Made by a program: the position numbers and the translations under genes. A DNA stretch of 64,000 bases from Candidatus Microgenomates bacterium (lineage in GTDB: Bacteria > Patescibacteriota > Microgenomatia > Daviesbacterales > UBA10151), in NCBI GenBank assembly GCA_016182045.1, contig JACOYE010000011.1, positions 39-64,038 on the forward strand. Direction: 5' to 3'. Below, piece after piece: positions 28,560 through 37,916 of this stretch. The notes below the pieces were generated by a model, which did no database searches, had not been told where the DNA came from, and was given only the letters and a program-made list of their open reading frames with translations. How positions within the stretch are numbered: position 1 is the first letter of the stretch; each line of letters begins with the position of its first letter.

Positions 28560-28585
28560 TAAACTATTGTTATTATCTAAATCTT

Positions 28586-28846
28586 ATGGCAGTTAAACTT
28601 TTGGATTTTTGGGCTCCTTGGTGTGGACCCTGCCATGTTATGACTCCTGTTTTGGAAGAGATTAAAAAAGAAATGGGAGATAAGGTGGAAATTGAGGAAA
28701 TTAATGTAGATGAAAAACCTGAGGAAGCTTCTAAATTTGGAGTCATGAGTATTCCTACCTATATTATATTAAGGGATAATAAAGAGGTTGGAAGGAAAAT
28801 TGGGGTTACCCCAAAAGCAGAGCTAATAAAACTTCTACAAAGTTGA
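28586..28846 (+). CDS. trxA: Thioredoxin
   Basis: WAPWCGPC active site, 86 aa. Confidence 0.9.
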   Translation: MAVKLLDFWAPWCGPCHVMTPVLEEIKKEMGDKVEIEEINVDEKPEEASKFGVMSIPTYIILRDNKEVGRKIGVTPKAELIKLLQS

Positions 28847-29142
28847 ATTTCAAGGAGAAAGTCATCAATATTGTTAAGAAAATACCATATGGTCGAGTAA
28901 CCACCTACGGTACCGTGGCAATTTTGGCTGGTGTCCCTCGTGGGGCAAGATTGGTGGGTGGGGTTTTACACTTTAATATTGAGGCTGCACCATGGCATAG
29001 AGTTATTAACCGACATGGATTTATTTCTACCAAATGTTTGGAGCATCCTAAAGCTTTACAAAAGATACTTTTGGAACAGGAGGGAATTGAGGTAACTGAC
29101 GATTTCATGATAGACTTACAAAAGTATGGATGGTGGGGATAA
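28843..29142 (+). CDS. Alkyltransferase-like (ATL) protein: MGMT/Ogt DNA-binding domain with PWHRV instead of PCHRV
   Basis: VPRGARLVGGVLHFNIEAAPWHRVINRHGFIS. Trp replaces the acceptor Cys, as in ATL proteins (Atl1/YbaZ). Translationally coupled to trxA. Confidence 0.7.
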   Translation: MNFKEKVINIVKKIPYGRVTTYGTVAILAGVPRGARLVGGVLHFNIEAAPWHRVINRHGFISTKCLEHPKALQKILLEQEGIEVTDDFMIDLQKYGWWG

Positions 29143-29818
29143 AAACATCTGGCTTATTGCTAACTGGAAATCTAATAAAACCATAGCTGAGGCTTTAGAC
29201 TGGGTTTCTAAAGTTGGACCAAAAGTCCCCAAAAGAGATGATCTAAAAGTGGTGGTTTGTCCAACTTTCAGTTGTCTTTCTGAAGTTAAAAAGGCGGTTC
29301 AAGTGGGTAACTTCCCCATCATGGTTGGATCACAGGATCTGTCTCCGTTTGAGGTGGGTGCATACACTGGTGAGGAAGCGGCATCTTTATTGAAAGGTCT
29401 TGTGTTAATATCCATCCTAGGTCATTCTGAAAGAAGACAAAATTTTTCTGAGAGTGATGAGATGGTCGCTAAAAAGGTTGAACAGGCGCTCCAAAATGGG
29501 ATCATTCCTTTAGTTTGTGTCCAGGGTCCTGATACCCCTGTACCGGATGGTTGTAAGTTAGTAGCTTATGAACCTGTCTTTGCCATAGGTACAGGGAATC
29601 CTGATATTCCAGAAAATGCCAATAATGTAGCAAAAGTTTTGAAAGAAAAACACGGTCCGCCAGCTGGCGGATTGGAAGTTTTATATGGAGGAAGTGTCAC
29701 TTCTGAAAATATTAAAAATTTTATAAATATGCCCAACCTTTGTGGTTCTTTAATAGGTAATGCCTCATTAGATGCTGAGGAGTTTATCAAGATAGTTGGG
29801 GAGTGTTCAAAACTGTGA
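29126..29818 (+). CDS. tpiA: Triosephosphate isomerase
   Basis: IANWKSN, GHSERR and AYEPVFAIGTG motifs. It contains the in-frame 16-bp palindrome encoding PPAGG. Confidence 0.85.
   Translation: MDGGDKNIWLIANWKSNKTIAEALDWVSKVGPKVPKRDDLKVVVCPTFSCLSEVKKAVQVGNFPIMVGSQDLSPFEVGAYTGEEAASLLKGLVLISILGHSERRQNFSESDEMVAKKVEQALQNGIIPLVCVQGPDTPVPDGCKLVAYEPVFAIGTGNPDIPENANNVAKVLKEKHGPPAGGLEVLYGGSVTSENIKNFINMPNLCGSLIGNASLDAEEFIKIVGECSKL
29656..29671. repeat. 16-bp perfect palindrome tccgccagctggcgga, copy 2 (inside tpiA)
   Basis: Identical to 2026-2041 in groEL. Confidence 0.7.
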
Positions 29819-31044
29819 AACCAATCAAGCTGGGGGTTAGAAGAGATTCCTATCATCAAAAGAAATCAAGATTAATCATTAAAAAATTAGCACCATTTTT
29901 TTTGGTACTGGCTATTTTAACTGCATTGGCCATATTTTTAGTAACCTTATCGGGTTCATCTATGGTCAAGTTTATCCTTTCGGGTAGTAGTCTAAGGTCT
30001 TCTGGTGGAAGGGTTAATGTGTTAATTTTGGGTATGGCAGGTGGCAGGCATGAGGGAGCGACTTTGACAGATACAATTTTGGTTACTTCCTATAATTTGG
30101 ACACAAATCAACTTCATCTTATTTCCATCCCCAGAGATCTTTGGTTACCTTCTTTTTCTGCCAAGGTAAATGCTTTGTACCAGATAGGACTTTCGCAAAA
30201 TAACGGTCTGGAACTTGCAAAAATAGGCATAGGTAATATTGTCGGATTGCCCGTTCATTATGCATTAAGAGTCGATTTTCAAGGTTTTATTGATGCAATC
30301 AATATTTTGGGAGGTATTGATGTGGAAGTGGAAAAGACTTTTGATGATTATTTATATCCAATCACTGGTAAAGAAAACGATCTTTGTGGATGGGAAGAAA
30401 AAGAGATGGAATTTAATGATATGGAGGCAAAAAAGCTCAACATTGACCCGGGCAAAAGAAAAGTTTTTGTCAAAGATGATCAAATTGCCACAGATTCTGC
30501 CCAGGAGGATAAGGGAATAAAGTACTTTTCCTGCAGATTCGAGCATATTCATTTTGATAAAGGATTGGTGCGGATGGATGGAGAGGAAGCCTTAAAATTT
30601 GTCAGATCAAGACACGGAACTAATGACGAAGGGTCTGATTTCTCAAGATCTAAAAGACAGGAGAGAGTGATTGGGGCAGTCAGGAAAAAGGCTTTGTCTT
30701 TTGAAACTTTATCAACCCCCACCAAATTAGGGGAGTTAATTAACTCTTTCGGTAAAAGCATTGATACGGATATTTCCATAAAAGATGCAGTCGAGTTCTA
30801 TAAATTGTCGAAAAGATTAGCGGTGACCTATTCAATTACATTGGATGATTCAAAAAGGGCGGGCTTAGCTGAGGGGAGAACTTCACTTTTGGTTCAGCCC
30901 TCCCCTTCAGATTATGGGGGAGCATATGTCTTAATCTCTCAGGATGATGACTTTTCCATAATTCACAAATTCATACAAGATGTGTTAAAAAAAGATGAGG
31001 AGGAGCATGAGGCTACATCTTCTGCACGGACCGGCTCTGAGTAG
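29803..31044 (+). CDS. LytR-CpsA-Psr (LCP) family cell-envelope phosphotransferase
   Basis: TM anchor, then VNVLILGMAGGRHEGATLTDTILVTSYNLDTNQLHLISIPRDLW, the LCP core. Confidence 0.8.
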   Translation: MFKTVKPIKLGVRRDSYHQKKSRLIIKKLAPFFLVLAILTALAIFLVTLSGSSMVKFILSGSSLRSSGGRVNVLILGMAGGRHEGATLTDTILVTSYNLDTNQLHLISIPRDLWLPSFSAKVNALYQIGLSQNNGLELAKIGIGNIVGLPVHYALRVDFQGFIDAINILGGIDVEVEKTFDDYLYPITGKENDLCGWEEKEMEFNDMEAKKLNIDPGKRKVFVKDDQIATDSAQEDKGIKYFSCRFEHIHFDKGLVRMDGEEALKFVRSRHGTNDEGSDFSRSKRQERVIGAVRKKALSFETLSTPTKLGELINSFGKSIDTDISIKDAVEFYKLSKRLAVTYSITLDDSKRAGLAEGRTSLLVQPSPSDYGGAYVLISQDDDFSIIHKFIQDVLKKDEEEHEATSSARTGSE

Positions 31045-31663
31045 TTCCAGAGATAAGTTGGTTTCAATAAAGCAAAAATTTAATCCTAATAATGTGGTTG
31101 TGTTTGAAAAAGAGGCAAATGTGCAGGAGGTTTTAAATACCTTAATTGCACCTTCTCTTTTTGAAGAAGAACAGTTAGTTATCTGGGAGAATCCTCCTGA
31201 TAATTTTGTTTTTGACTCATCGCTGATCAGTAATCACTCATCACTCATTTTATGGTTTGACCATGAGGTATCCCCCAAACCCATCATGGAATGGGTCAAG
31301 AAAAATGAAGGAGAGATTCTCTATTTTCCGGAGAGTAAAGAAATCTCTGTTTTTCCCTTTTTAGATTATCTTGCAAATAAAGACAAGAGAGCTTATCTTG
31401 AGATGGATAAATTAAAAAAGGCAGGTTTCGATATACACTATTTAATCACAATGGTTTTTTATATGCTGAGAAGTTTAGTAGCAACTCCCAAAAATGCCCC
31501 TGCCTTTGTTAAAGATAAACTACAAAGACAAAGAAAAAGGTTTGCTTTAGAAGATGTAGAAAATTGTTACAAAGAAATTATAAAGATAGATTTTAAAATC
31601 AAATCCGGTCTGCTGGAAAAAGAACAAGCAGAGTTTTTACTGGTTAATAAATTTGTAAATTAA
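30995..31663 (+). CDS. Possible DNA polymerase III delta subunit (HolA-like). Low confidence.
   Basis: Leucine-rich N-terminus LHLLHGPALSS and overall helical composition resemble HolA. Start uncertain (overlaps the LCP gene). Confidence 0.35.
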   Translation: MRRSMRLHLLHGPALSSSRDKLVSIKQKFNPNNVVVFEKEANVQEVLNTLIAPSLFEEEQLVIWENPPDNFVFDSSLISNHSSLILWFDHEVSPKPIMEWVKKNEGEILYFPESKEISVFPFLDYLANKDKRAYLEMDKLKKAGFDIHYLITMVFYMLRSLVATPKNAPAFVKDKLQRQRKRFALEDVENCYKEIIKIDFKIKSGLLEKEQAEFLLVNKFVN

Positions 31664-31677
31664 TTTTGAGTTGGAAC

Positions 31678-32679
31678 TTACAATTGAGGAAGGATGCCAC
31701 CCCGTCTTTCAATCTCTTGGGCTATCAGATCTAAATCTTTCTGATCAACTACTCCGTCAGAGTTTATATCAGCCCTTTTTTCTTGAGGATTTTTACTCGC
31801 CTCGCTGCCAGCCTCGCGGCTAGGCGGGCGAAGCGGGCCAAAATTTTTAAGTACTATGGCGTGATCATTAGCATTAATCTGTCCATCATTGTTTAGATCG
31901 AACTTATTTAAATCCTCAGCAGTCACCGGTTCAGTTAGATCTAAGTTTTGTCCTAATTTCAAGGGTGGTAAGATCTGGCCTGAAATTGTCAGTTTAAAAA
32001 TAGCGCTGGCCTCACCTTTATCAGAGACAACAGTTAATTTGCCGATTTCTTCTCCGTTAGGTTGATAAGTTCCTGATAAATCCGATTTGTTTATTTTAGA
32101 GAGTGGTATCAAAAAATTACCTCCAGTTTTGACCAGAGCGGATTGAGGAGAAGTACCTGAGATGGTCAGATAAACAATGCCATCATCCAAGGGAATTTCT
32201 CCATCCAAGACAGTTCCGATCACTGGGTTAAGGTTAACAAGAGAGGTGGCAGATTTGGCAGTATTAAACTGGAAAGTTTCAGACTTATGCTTGCCTGAGA
32301 CAATTTTTAAAACATACCTAGTTTGGGGTTGGAGATTTTTGAGGGTGACATAATGAGTCGGACGGGCTTTTGGTCCCGCACCATCTGGTGCGGGATTGCT
32401 GTCTCTGTCATCTAAAACTGCCTGCTCATTAGGCGATGTCAGGCCAAATGTGATAAAAGAGGGTGCGGCTTGAGATGTTTGCCAAGACACTACTACCGAT
32501 TGATCCTCAATGTTGGTAAAAATAACATCGTCTTTTTTAGGAACAATTTGTGGCGATGCTTGAGTGGAAAAAATTGCCTCCTCCTTCGCTACCAAATATA
32601 CACCCGCTACTGTTCCTGCAATAATGATGCCTAATCCTAAAAGAGTTGGTATCTTAAATTTATTAAAAAATGAAGTCAT
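31678..32679 (-). CDS. Secreted protein with Ig/Fn3-like beta-rich region and two C-terminal dockerin-type Ca-binding repeats
   Basis: DLNNDGQINANDHAIVL and DINSDGVVDQKDLDLIA match the dockerin DxNxDGxIn motif. TM/signal anchor. It contains an in-frame GC-rich element (PLRPPSREAGSEAS). Confidence 0.5.
   Translation of the reverse strand: MTSFFNKFKIPTLLGLGIIIAGTVAGVYLVAKEEAIFSTQASPQIVPKKDDVIFTNIEDQSVVVSWQTSQAAPSFITFGLTSPNEQAVLDDRDSNPAPDGAGPKARPTHYVTLKNLQPQTRYVLKIVSGKHKSETFQFNTAKSATSLVNLNPVIGTVLDGEIPLDDGIVYLTISGTSPQSALVKTGGNFLIPLSKINKSDLSGTYQPNGEEIGKLTVVSDKGEASAIFKLTISGQILPPLKLGQNLDLTEPVTAEDLNKFDLNNDGQINANDHAIVLKNFGPLRPPSREAGSEASKNPQEKRADINSDGVVDQKDLDLIAQEIERRGGILPQL
31795..31839. repeat. GC-rich palindromic element, family 1, in-frame in the dockerin-protein gene
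   Basis: actcgcctcgctgccagcctcgcggctaggcgggcgaagcgggcc. Shares termini ctcgcctcgct / gcgggcgaagcggg with the copies at 19630, 46431 and 60549. Confidence 0.55.
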
Positions 32680-32848
32680 GGTGTAGAATCTAACACTGAT
32701 GTGTCAAGATTAGGATTCAATGGTTCAATCAGCTGTTGAATGTCGGTAGGAATTTCCACCTGAGAGCTGGTATGAATTATATCAAAAGCTACCCATGCTA
32801 TTATTGTAATAAAAGTGAATATGACGGCAATCAACCATTCTTTACGTG

Positions 32849-33454
32849 TCATTTAATAAAATATGCCTTTCCGGAAAGAGACATAATCAATCCCTCTCCC
32901 TCACCGACTTTACTGATATTTAAGCTGTCAATTGAGATTAACCTAACCGAAGTGTTAAGCTCTTGCAATAGAGAAACCAGTCTCGGATATGAATTTTCAA
33001 TATTGAAAGTAAACTCTATCTCTCCCAAAGTACCGATAGTATCTTCCTTTTTGACTTCCAAGACAAGTGGTTGAACTTGTAAGGCAGAGATGGAAGCCTC
33101 ATTTTTGCTTGCCATAAGTTCCAAAGTTTGGATCAGGGATTTTAATTCTACCGTATCCGGGATGGCTGTTTGAATTCTAGTTTTTATATTTGGATTAAGA
33201 TTCTCATAATTTTGTTTACCCAATGTTAAATCGGTAGCTTTTTTCTTAAGTTGATCTAAAATTTGGTTGGCATTCTCTAACTTTTTTTGTAAGACAACAA
33301 TTGTCTCTATAGTAGGTTTAATTGCAAAGAGTATGAAGACAATCATAACTAAGATGGTAAAGATGGCTGTACCATAGGTTCTGACAATTGGTAGTTTGAC
33401 TACCGGTTTTATATGGGTAAAATATCTAAAATAACGTTCCGATTCCAGTCTCAT
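32849..33454 (-). CDS. Type IV pilus assembly PilO-like protein
   Basis: N-terminal TM, coiled coil, C-terminal beta-rich domain. Overlaps the upstream PilN-like gene by 4 nt. Confidence 0.45.
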   Translation of the reverse strand: MRLESERYFRYFTHIKPVVKLPIVRTYGTAIFTILVMIVFILFAIKPTIETIVVLQKKLENANQILDQLKKKATDLTLGKQNYENLNPNIKTRIQTAIPDTVELKSLIQTLELMASKNEASISALQVQPLVLEVKKEDTIGTLGEIEFTFNIENSYPRLVSLLQELNTSVRLISIDSLNISKVGEGEGLIMSLSGKAYFIK

Positions 33455-34035
33455 GTGCTTTTCTCCCCTTTCCGAGAAACCTTGGCAGAGGCATTAAGAA
33501 TGAAACGGATAATACCTTGCTCAAGTCCGACACTTACTAGGCTGACATCGGTAAAATATTGGTCCTCTCTCATACCGAGAAGAAAGGTTAGCAGATCATT
33601 ATTACTTTGTGCTTGAGCGTTGATTCGGATGGTGATTTTACCGACATCTTTTTGTAAGCCCATGGTGTTTATCTTGATTCCACTCGGTACTTGGTCAGAG
33701 ATTCTTTTTAAGATTTCAGGATAATCAGCATAGTTTTGATTAAAAGCTCCAATTGTTGACAGTTTAAGCTGAATTTGTTTTATCAAGATTTCATAATTTC
33801 TTAAGCTTTCAACATAAGGAATCTGCTCATCGATCTTCTCTTTGGTAGAAGCTATGTCGGCATCCAATTTAAATCTAAAAATGAAAGCCAGTAAAACCAC
33901 GGCTTCTACCAGAACAAAAATAAAGCGTCCGGTGGAAAGAAGCCAGCGTAGGAATTTTTCCGGCAGTTTCTGTGGACTTCCTTGAGGTTTTAAAAGATCC
34001 AAGTGAATGTCAAGCTTAGGGCCAGATTTGAGCAT
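33451..34035 (-). CDS. Type IV pilus assembly PilN-like protein
   Basis: LDLLKPQ, then TM helix and periplasmic domain of PilN-like size (194 aa). Confidence 0.45.
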   Translation of the reverse strand: MLKSGPKLDIHLDLLKPQGSPQKLPEKFLRWLLSTGRFIFVLVEAVVLLAFIFRFKLDADIASTKEKIDEQIPYVESLRNYEILIKQIQLKLSTIGAFNQNYADYPEILKRISDQVPSGIKINTMGLQKDVGKITIRINAQAQSNNDLLTFLLGMREDQYFTDVSLVSVGLEQGIIRFILNASAKVSRKGEKST

Positions 34036-34049
34036 AAATACATTATATA

Positions 34050-34070
34050 CTAGGGTATAGGGTATAGGGT
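34050..34070. repeat. Tandem 7-mer (tagggta)x3 immediately upstream of the pilN-like start, between rpsT and pilN
   Basis: Read directly: tagggtatagggtatagggta. Confidence 0.8.
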
Positions 34071-34079
34071 ATAGAGAGA

Positions 34080-34364
34080 TTAAGACCTCTTTTTGGTAGA
34101 TTTCTTAACGATTCCTGTGGGGGTTGTTCTCACTCGGATTCCTTTAGATAATCGGGATTTTAATCTGGCTGCTTTGTTGGGATGGATCAGTTTGACCTTG
34201 GCTGCTTTATCCAGGGCAGAAAAGGCTGCCTGAAGATCTTTAACTGCCTTGGTAGTTCTTACCTTTTTTATTAAAGACTTTAAGGCATCTGCCCTTTTTT
34301 TATTACGAGCTGTTCTTACTTTATCTTTGCGGACCTTTTTAATAGCTGATTTGATGATAGGCAT
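34080..34364 (-). CDS. rpsT: 30S ribosomal protein S20
   Basis: MPIIKSAIKKVRKDKVRTARNKKRADALKSLIKK... Confidence 0.9.
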   Translation of the reverse strand: MPIIKSAIKKVRKDKVRTARNKKRADALKSLIKKVRTTKAVKDLQAAFSALDKAAKVKLIHPNKAARLKSRLSKGIRVRTTPTGIVKKSTKKRS

Positions 34365-34399
34365 GGCGTGTATAGTATCATAATGCTACACTAAGTTAA

Positions 34400-36043
34400 A
34401 TGGTTAAAAATATATTTTCACTGCTATATTCCAGGCAAACCTCAATCCTTTCTGGGGCAGCAATTATCATGGCCACCATGATGGTGGCTAAAATATTGGG
34501 ATTGGTGCGTGATCGGTTACTGGCCCATGTCTTTCCTCCGGATACTATCGATATATTTTGGGCTGCCTTTAGATTACCGGATTTGCTTTTTTCCATTGTC
34601 ATCTTTGGCGCTTTATCTGTAGCTTTTATTCCGGTCTTTACAGAACATTTTGAAAGTAAAGGTAAAGAGGATGCCTTTGCTTTAGCCAGATCAATCTTAA
34701 ACATCTTTCTAACAATCTTTATTTTGGCTGGTATTTTAATTTATATTTTTGCCCCCTTAATAATTTCCACCGTGATCTCCCCGGGTTTTTCTCAAGAAAA
34801 GCAAGCACAGGTGGTATCTTTAGTAAGAATTATTGTTTTTGGTCAGGCCATACTGGTTTTGGGATCCTTCTTTATTGGTATTTTGCAATCATTTCAAAGA
34901 TTTATTATTCCTGCTTTAGCTCCCGTCTTTTATAATTTGGGAATTATTTTAGGCATTATCATGTTTTCAAAGGAGTGGGGAATTACAGGAGCAGCTTATG
35001 GAGTGATTATCGGTGCACTGATGCATGCTTCCATACAGCTGCCGCTAGTTTGGTCTTTAGGTTTTAGATTTAAATTCCCTTTCAAGTTTTTTCACCCAGG
35101 AGTTAAAGAAATCATTAGTTTGGTTAGTGTGAGAACTGTGGGGCTGGCTGCTGAGCAGATCAATGAAACTGTGGGATTGGCTTTGGCATCTTTGACATCA
35201 ATTGGATCAGTTACTTATTTGACCTTTGCCCAACATTTGCAAGTGGTGCCGATTGGTCTTTTTGGGGCAACTTTGGCACAAGCAGCTTTACCGGTTTTAT
35301 CATCTGAGAGAGCCAGAGGTAGAATTGAAGAGTTTAAGATTACACTTCTTACCACTACCCATCAAATATTATTTCTGACTCTTCCTGCAACAGCCATTTT
35401 GATTGTAATAAGAATTCCAGTGGTGAGATTAATTTTTGGTGCTTCTCAATTTGATTGGGAGGCAACCGTTTTAACAGGTTTAACAGTAGCTTACTTAGCA
35501 ATAGGACTGGTCGCACAATCGGTATCTTTGCTTTTTGTTAGAGGTTTTTATGCTATGAAGGATACTAAAACTCCAGTATTTGTATCTTTTATTGTGGTTA
35601 GTATAAATATAGCATTAAGCTTTTACTTTATTAAATTTTTAAAATTAGATGTTTGGAGTATTGGAGCAGCCAATTCAATATCTGCCATACTCTCCGGGAT
35701 TTTACTTTTTTGGACACTACATTTTAAAGTTGGGAAATTTAATTTGGATCAAGTGTTTATCCCTTTGGGGAAAATGCTGATGGCCACCATTATTATGGGA
35801 GTGGCACTTTATGTTCCCATCAAGCTTTTGGACCAGGTAATTTTTGATACTACCAGGACCATCAATTTGCTGATATTAACATCTTCTTCAGCAATTTTTG
35901 CTCTGTCTGTATATGTCGGATTGGTTTGGTTTTTGAAAGTGAGAGAACTACTTACCTTTGCGGATTTAATCAGAAGGGCTACTAAATTCCAAACAAAGCT
36001 TAAATCACAAGAGATAATTACTCCTGAAACAGGTACTGTTTAG
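34400..36043 (+). CDS. murJ: Lipid II flippase MurJ/MviN
   Basis: 547 aa, 14 TM helices, MurJ-like conserved Arg/Asp positions. Confidence 0.85.
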   Translation: MVKNIFSLLYSRQTSILSGAAIIMATMMVAKILGLVRDRLLAHVFPPDTIDIFWAAFRLPDLLFSIVIFGALSVAFIPVFTEHFESKGKEDAFALARSILNIFLTIFILAGILIYIFAPLIISTVISPGFSQEKQAQVVSLVRIIVFGQAILVLGSFFIGILQSFQRFIIPALAPVFYNLGIILGIIMFSKEWGITGAAYGVIIGALMHASIQLPLVWSLGFRFKFPFKFFHPGVKEIISLVSVRTVGLAAEQINETVGLALASLTSIGSVTYLTFAQHLQVVPIGLFGATLAQAALPVLSSERARGRIEEFKITLLTTTHQILFLTLPATAILIVIRIPVVRLIFGASQFDWEATVLTGLTVAYLAIGLVAQSVSLLFVRGFYAMKDTKTPVFVSFIVVSINIALSFYFIKFLKLDVWSIGAANSISAILSGILLFWTLHFKVGKFNLDQVFIPLGKMLMATIIMGVALYVPIKLLDQVIFDTTRTINLLILTSSSAIFALSVYVGLVWFLKVRELLTFADLIRRATKFQTKLKSQEIITPETGTV

Positions 36044-36058
36044 TTATATAATTGCCTC

Positions 36059-37870
36059 ATGAATATTCGTAACTTTAGTATAATTGCCCATATTGATCAT
36101 GGTAAATCTACCCTGGCTGATAGGTTTTTGGAAATTACAGGAACCGTGCCAAAGGAAAAGCTTAAACCACAACTTCTGGATTCTTTGGCTTTGGAGCGAG
36201 AACGTGGGATCACAATAAAACTTGCTCCAGTCAGGCTGAAATATGTCATTGGTGGAGTGGAGTATATCCTTAACTTGATAGACACACCAGGACATGTTGA
36301 TTTTTCCTATGAAGTCTCACGGGCTCTGGTAGCTGTTGAAGGAGCAATACTTTTGGTTGATGCCACTCAAGGAATACAAGCGCAAACTTTGGCACATGGC
36401 CTGGCTGCTTTAGAACAAAATCTTACCTTAATACCAGTTATCAACAAAATAGATCTTCCTAATGCGGATATAGTTGGAACAAAAAAACAACTTGGGGAGA
36501 CATTTGGTTTTGATGATAGGGAGATACTTTTAGTCTCGGCTAAGACTGGGCAAGGTGCAGAAGAACTTTTAAAAGCCATAGTCGAACGTATTCCTCCCCC
36601 AAAATCCGCCACAGTCGAACGTGGCAGGGACGTTCGACGTCCCGTAGGTGTAAACCTATTCCACCCCAAGGGTGGAAATATATTTAGAGCTTTGATATTT
36701 GATTCTTTTTTTGATTCTTATAAAGGAGTGATTGCAGAAATTAGGGTGATGGATGGGGAGATTCCAAAGATAGGATCATCCATTAAGTTTTTGGGAACTA
36801 AAGCCGAAGGTCAAGTTTTGGAGATGGGATATTTTGCTCCCCAGCTGACACCTACAGTTCAGTTGCAAGCTGGGGAGATAGGTTACATTGCAACAGGTGT
36901 GAAACAACCGGATTTAGTTAGAGTGGGTGATACCATCTCGACTGATTTAGGGGTTGAACCACTTCCTGGTTATAAACAAGTAAAACCTATGGTATATGTG
37001 GGTCTTTATCCAATTAATCAGGATGAGTATCATGAAATTAAGGAAGCACTGGAGAAGTTCAGGCTTAATGATCCGGCTTTTATCTACGAGTTGGAACATT
37101 CGAAAGCTTTAGGGGCAGGTTTTAGGTGTGGTTTTTTGGGGCTTTTGCATGCAGAAATTGTTCAGGAAAGATTGTCAGAGGAATTTGGAGCAGATTTAAT
37201 TGCTACTACTCCTTCGGTGCAGTATTTGGTGGATGATGTAATTTTGACTAATCCCTCTTCCCTTACCACTTTTCACTCTATTAAAGAACCATGGGTGAAA
37301 TTAAAGATATTTGTACCTCAGGAATATATTGGTAGTGTGATGGAATTAGTGTCAGAGAAAAGGGGTGGATTTTTAAATATGCAGCATTTTGGGATTCAAG
37401 TAGAACTAACTTATGAGATGCCTCTTTCAGAAATGGTGACGGACTTTTATGATAGGTTGAAATCTGTATCTTCCGGGTTTGCCTCTTTAGATTGGGAGTT
37501 TTTAGATTTTAGGGGAGTTGATGCAATCAGGGTAGATATTTTGGTTGCTGGGGAAAAAGTGGATGCGCTATCACAAATAGTGGTTAGGGAAAAGGCAGAA
37601 AGTTTGGGGAGAAGGATGGTGGAAAAATTAAAAGAGGTTTTACCCAGGCAAAATTTTGAGGTGGCAATCCAAGCATCAATTGGAGGAAAAATTATTGCCA
37701 GGGAAACTTTGCCTGCATATAGAAAAGATGTAACAGCTAAACTTTATGGAGGAGACAGAACCAGAAAAGATAAGCTTTTAGAAAAACAAAAAAAGGGAAA
37801 GAAAAAAATGAAAATGATAGGTCGGGTGGAGATACCACAGGAGGCTTTTTTAAGCATCCTGAAATCATAA
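36059..37870 (+). CDS. lepA: Elongation factor 4 (LepA)
   Basis: IRNFSIIAHIDHGKSTLADR, DTPGHVDF, NKIDL and the LepA-specific C-terminal domain. It carries an in-frame GC-rich insert after IPPPK. Confidence 0.95.
   Translation: MNIRNFSIIAHIDHGKSTLADRFLEITGTVPKEKLKPQLLDSLALERERGITIKLAPVRLKYVIGGVEYILNLIDTPGHVDFSYEVSRALVAVEGAILLVDATQGIQAQTLAHGLAALEQNLTLIPVINKIDLPNADIVGTKKQLGETFGFDDREILLVSAKTGQGAEELLKAIVERIPPPKSATVERGRDVRRPVGVNLFHPKGGNIFRALIFDSFFDSYKGVIAEIRVMDGEIPKIGSSIKFLGTKAEGQVLEMGYFAPQLTPTVQLQAGEIGYIATGVKQPDLVRVGDTISTDLGVEPLPGYKQVKPMVYVGLYPINQDEYHEIKEALEKFRLNDPAFIYELEHSKALGAGFRCGFLGLLHAEIVQERLSEEFGADLIATTPSVQYLVDDVILTNPSSLTTFHSIKEPWVKLKIFVPQEYIGSVMELVSEKRGGFLNMQHFGIQVELTYEMPLSEMVTDFYDRLKSVSSGFASLDWEFLDFRGVDAIRVDILVAGEKVDALSQIVVREKAESLGRRMVEKLKEVLPRQNFEVAIQASIGGKIIARETLPAYRKDVTAKLYGGDRTRKDKLLEKQKKGKKKMKMIGRVEIPQEAFLSILKS
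36606..36650. repeat. GC-rich palindromic insert in lepA (gtcgaacgt...acgttcgac / gggacgt-tcg-acgtccc alternative hairpins)
   Basis: ccgccacagtcgaacgtggcagggacgttcgacgtcccgtaggtg. It interrupts the conserved IPPP(K)GD region and encodes SATVERGRDVRRPVG. Confidence 0.55.
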
Positions 37871-37916
37871 TTTTGACAAATTGCCTCTTTGGAGCAGTTA
37901 TGATTACAATAATTAA

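Noticed and set aside
32736-33074. 112-aa plus-strand ORF overlapping the PilO-like gene
   Set aside because: It overlaps a better-supported minus-strand gene, and its composition is atypical (Cys/Tyr-rich, no family). Likely spurious.
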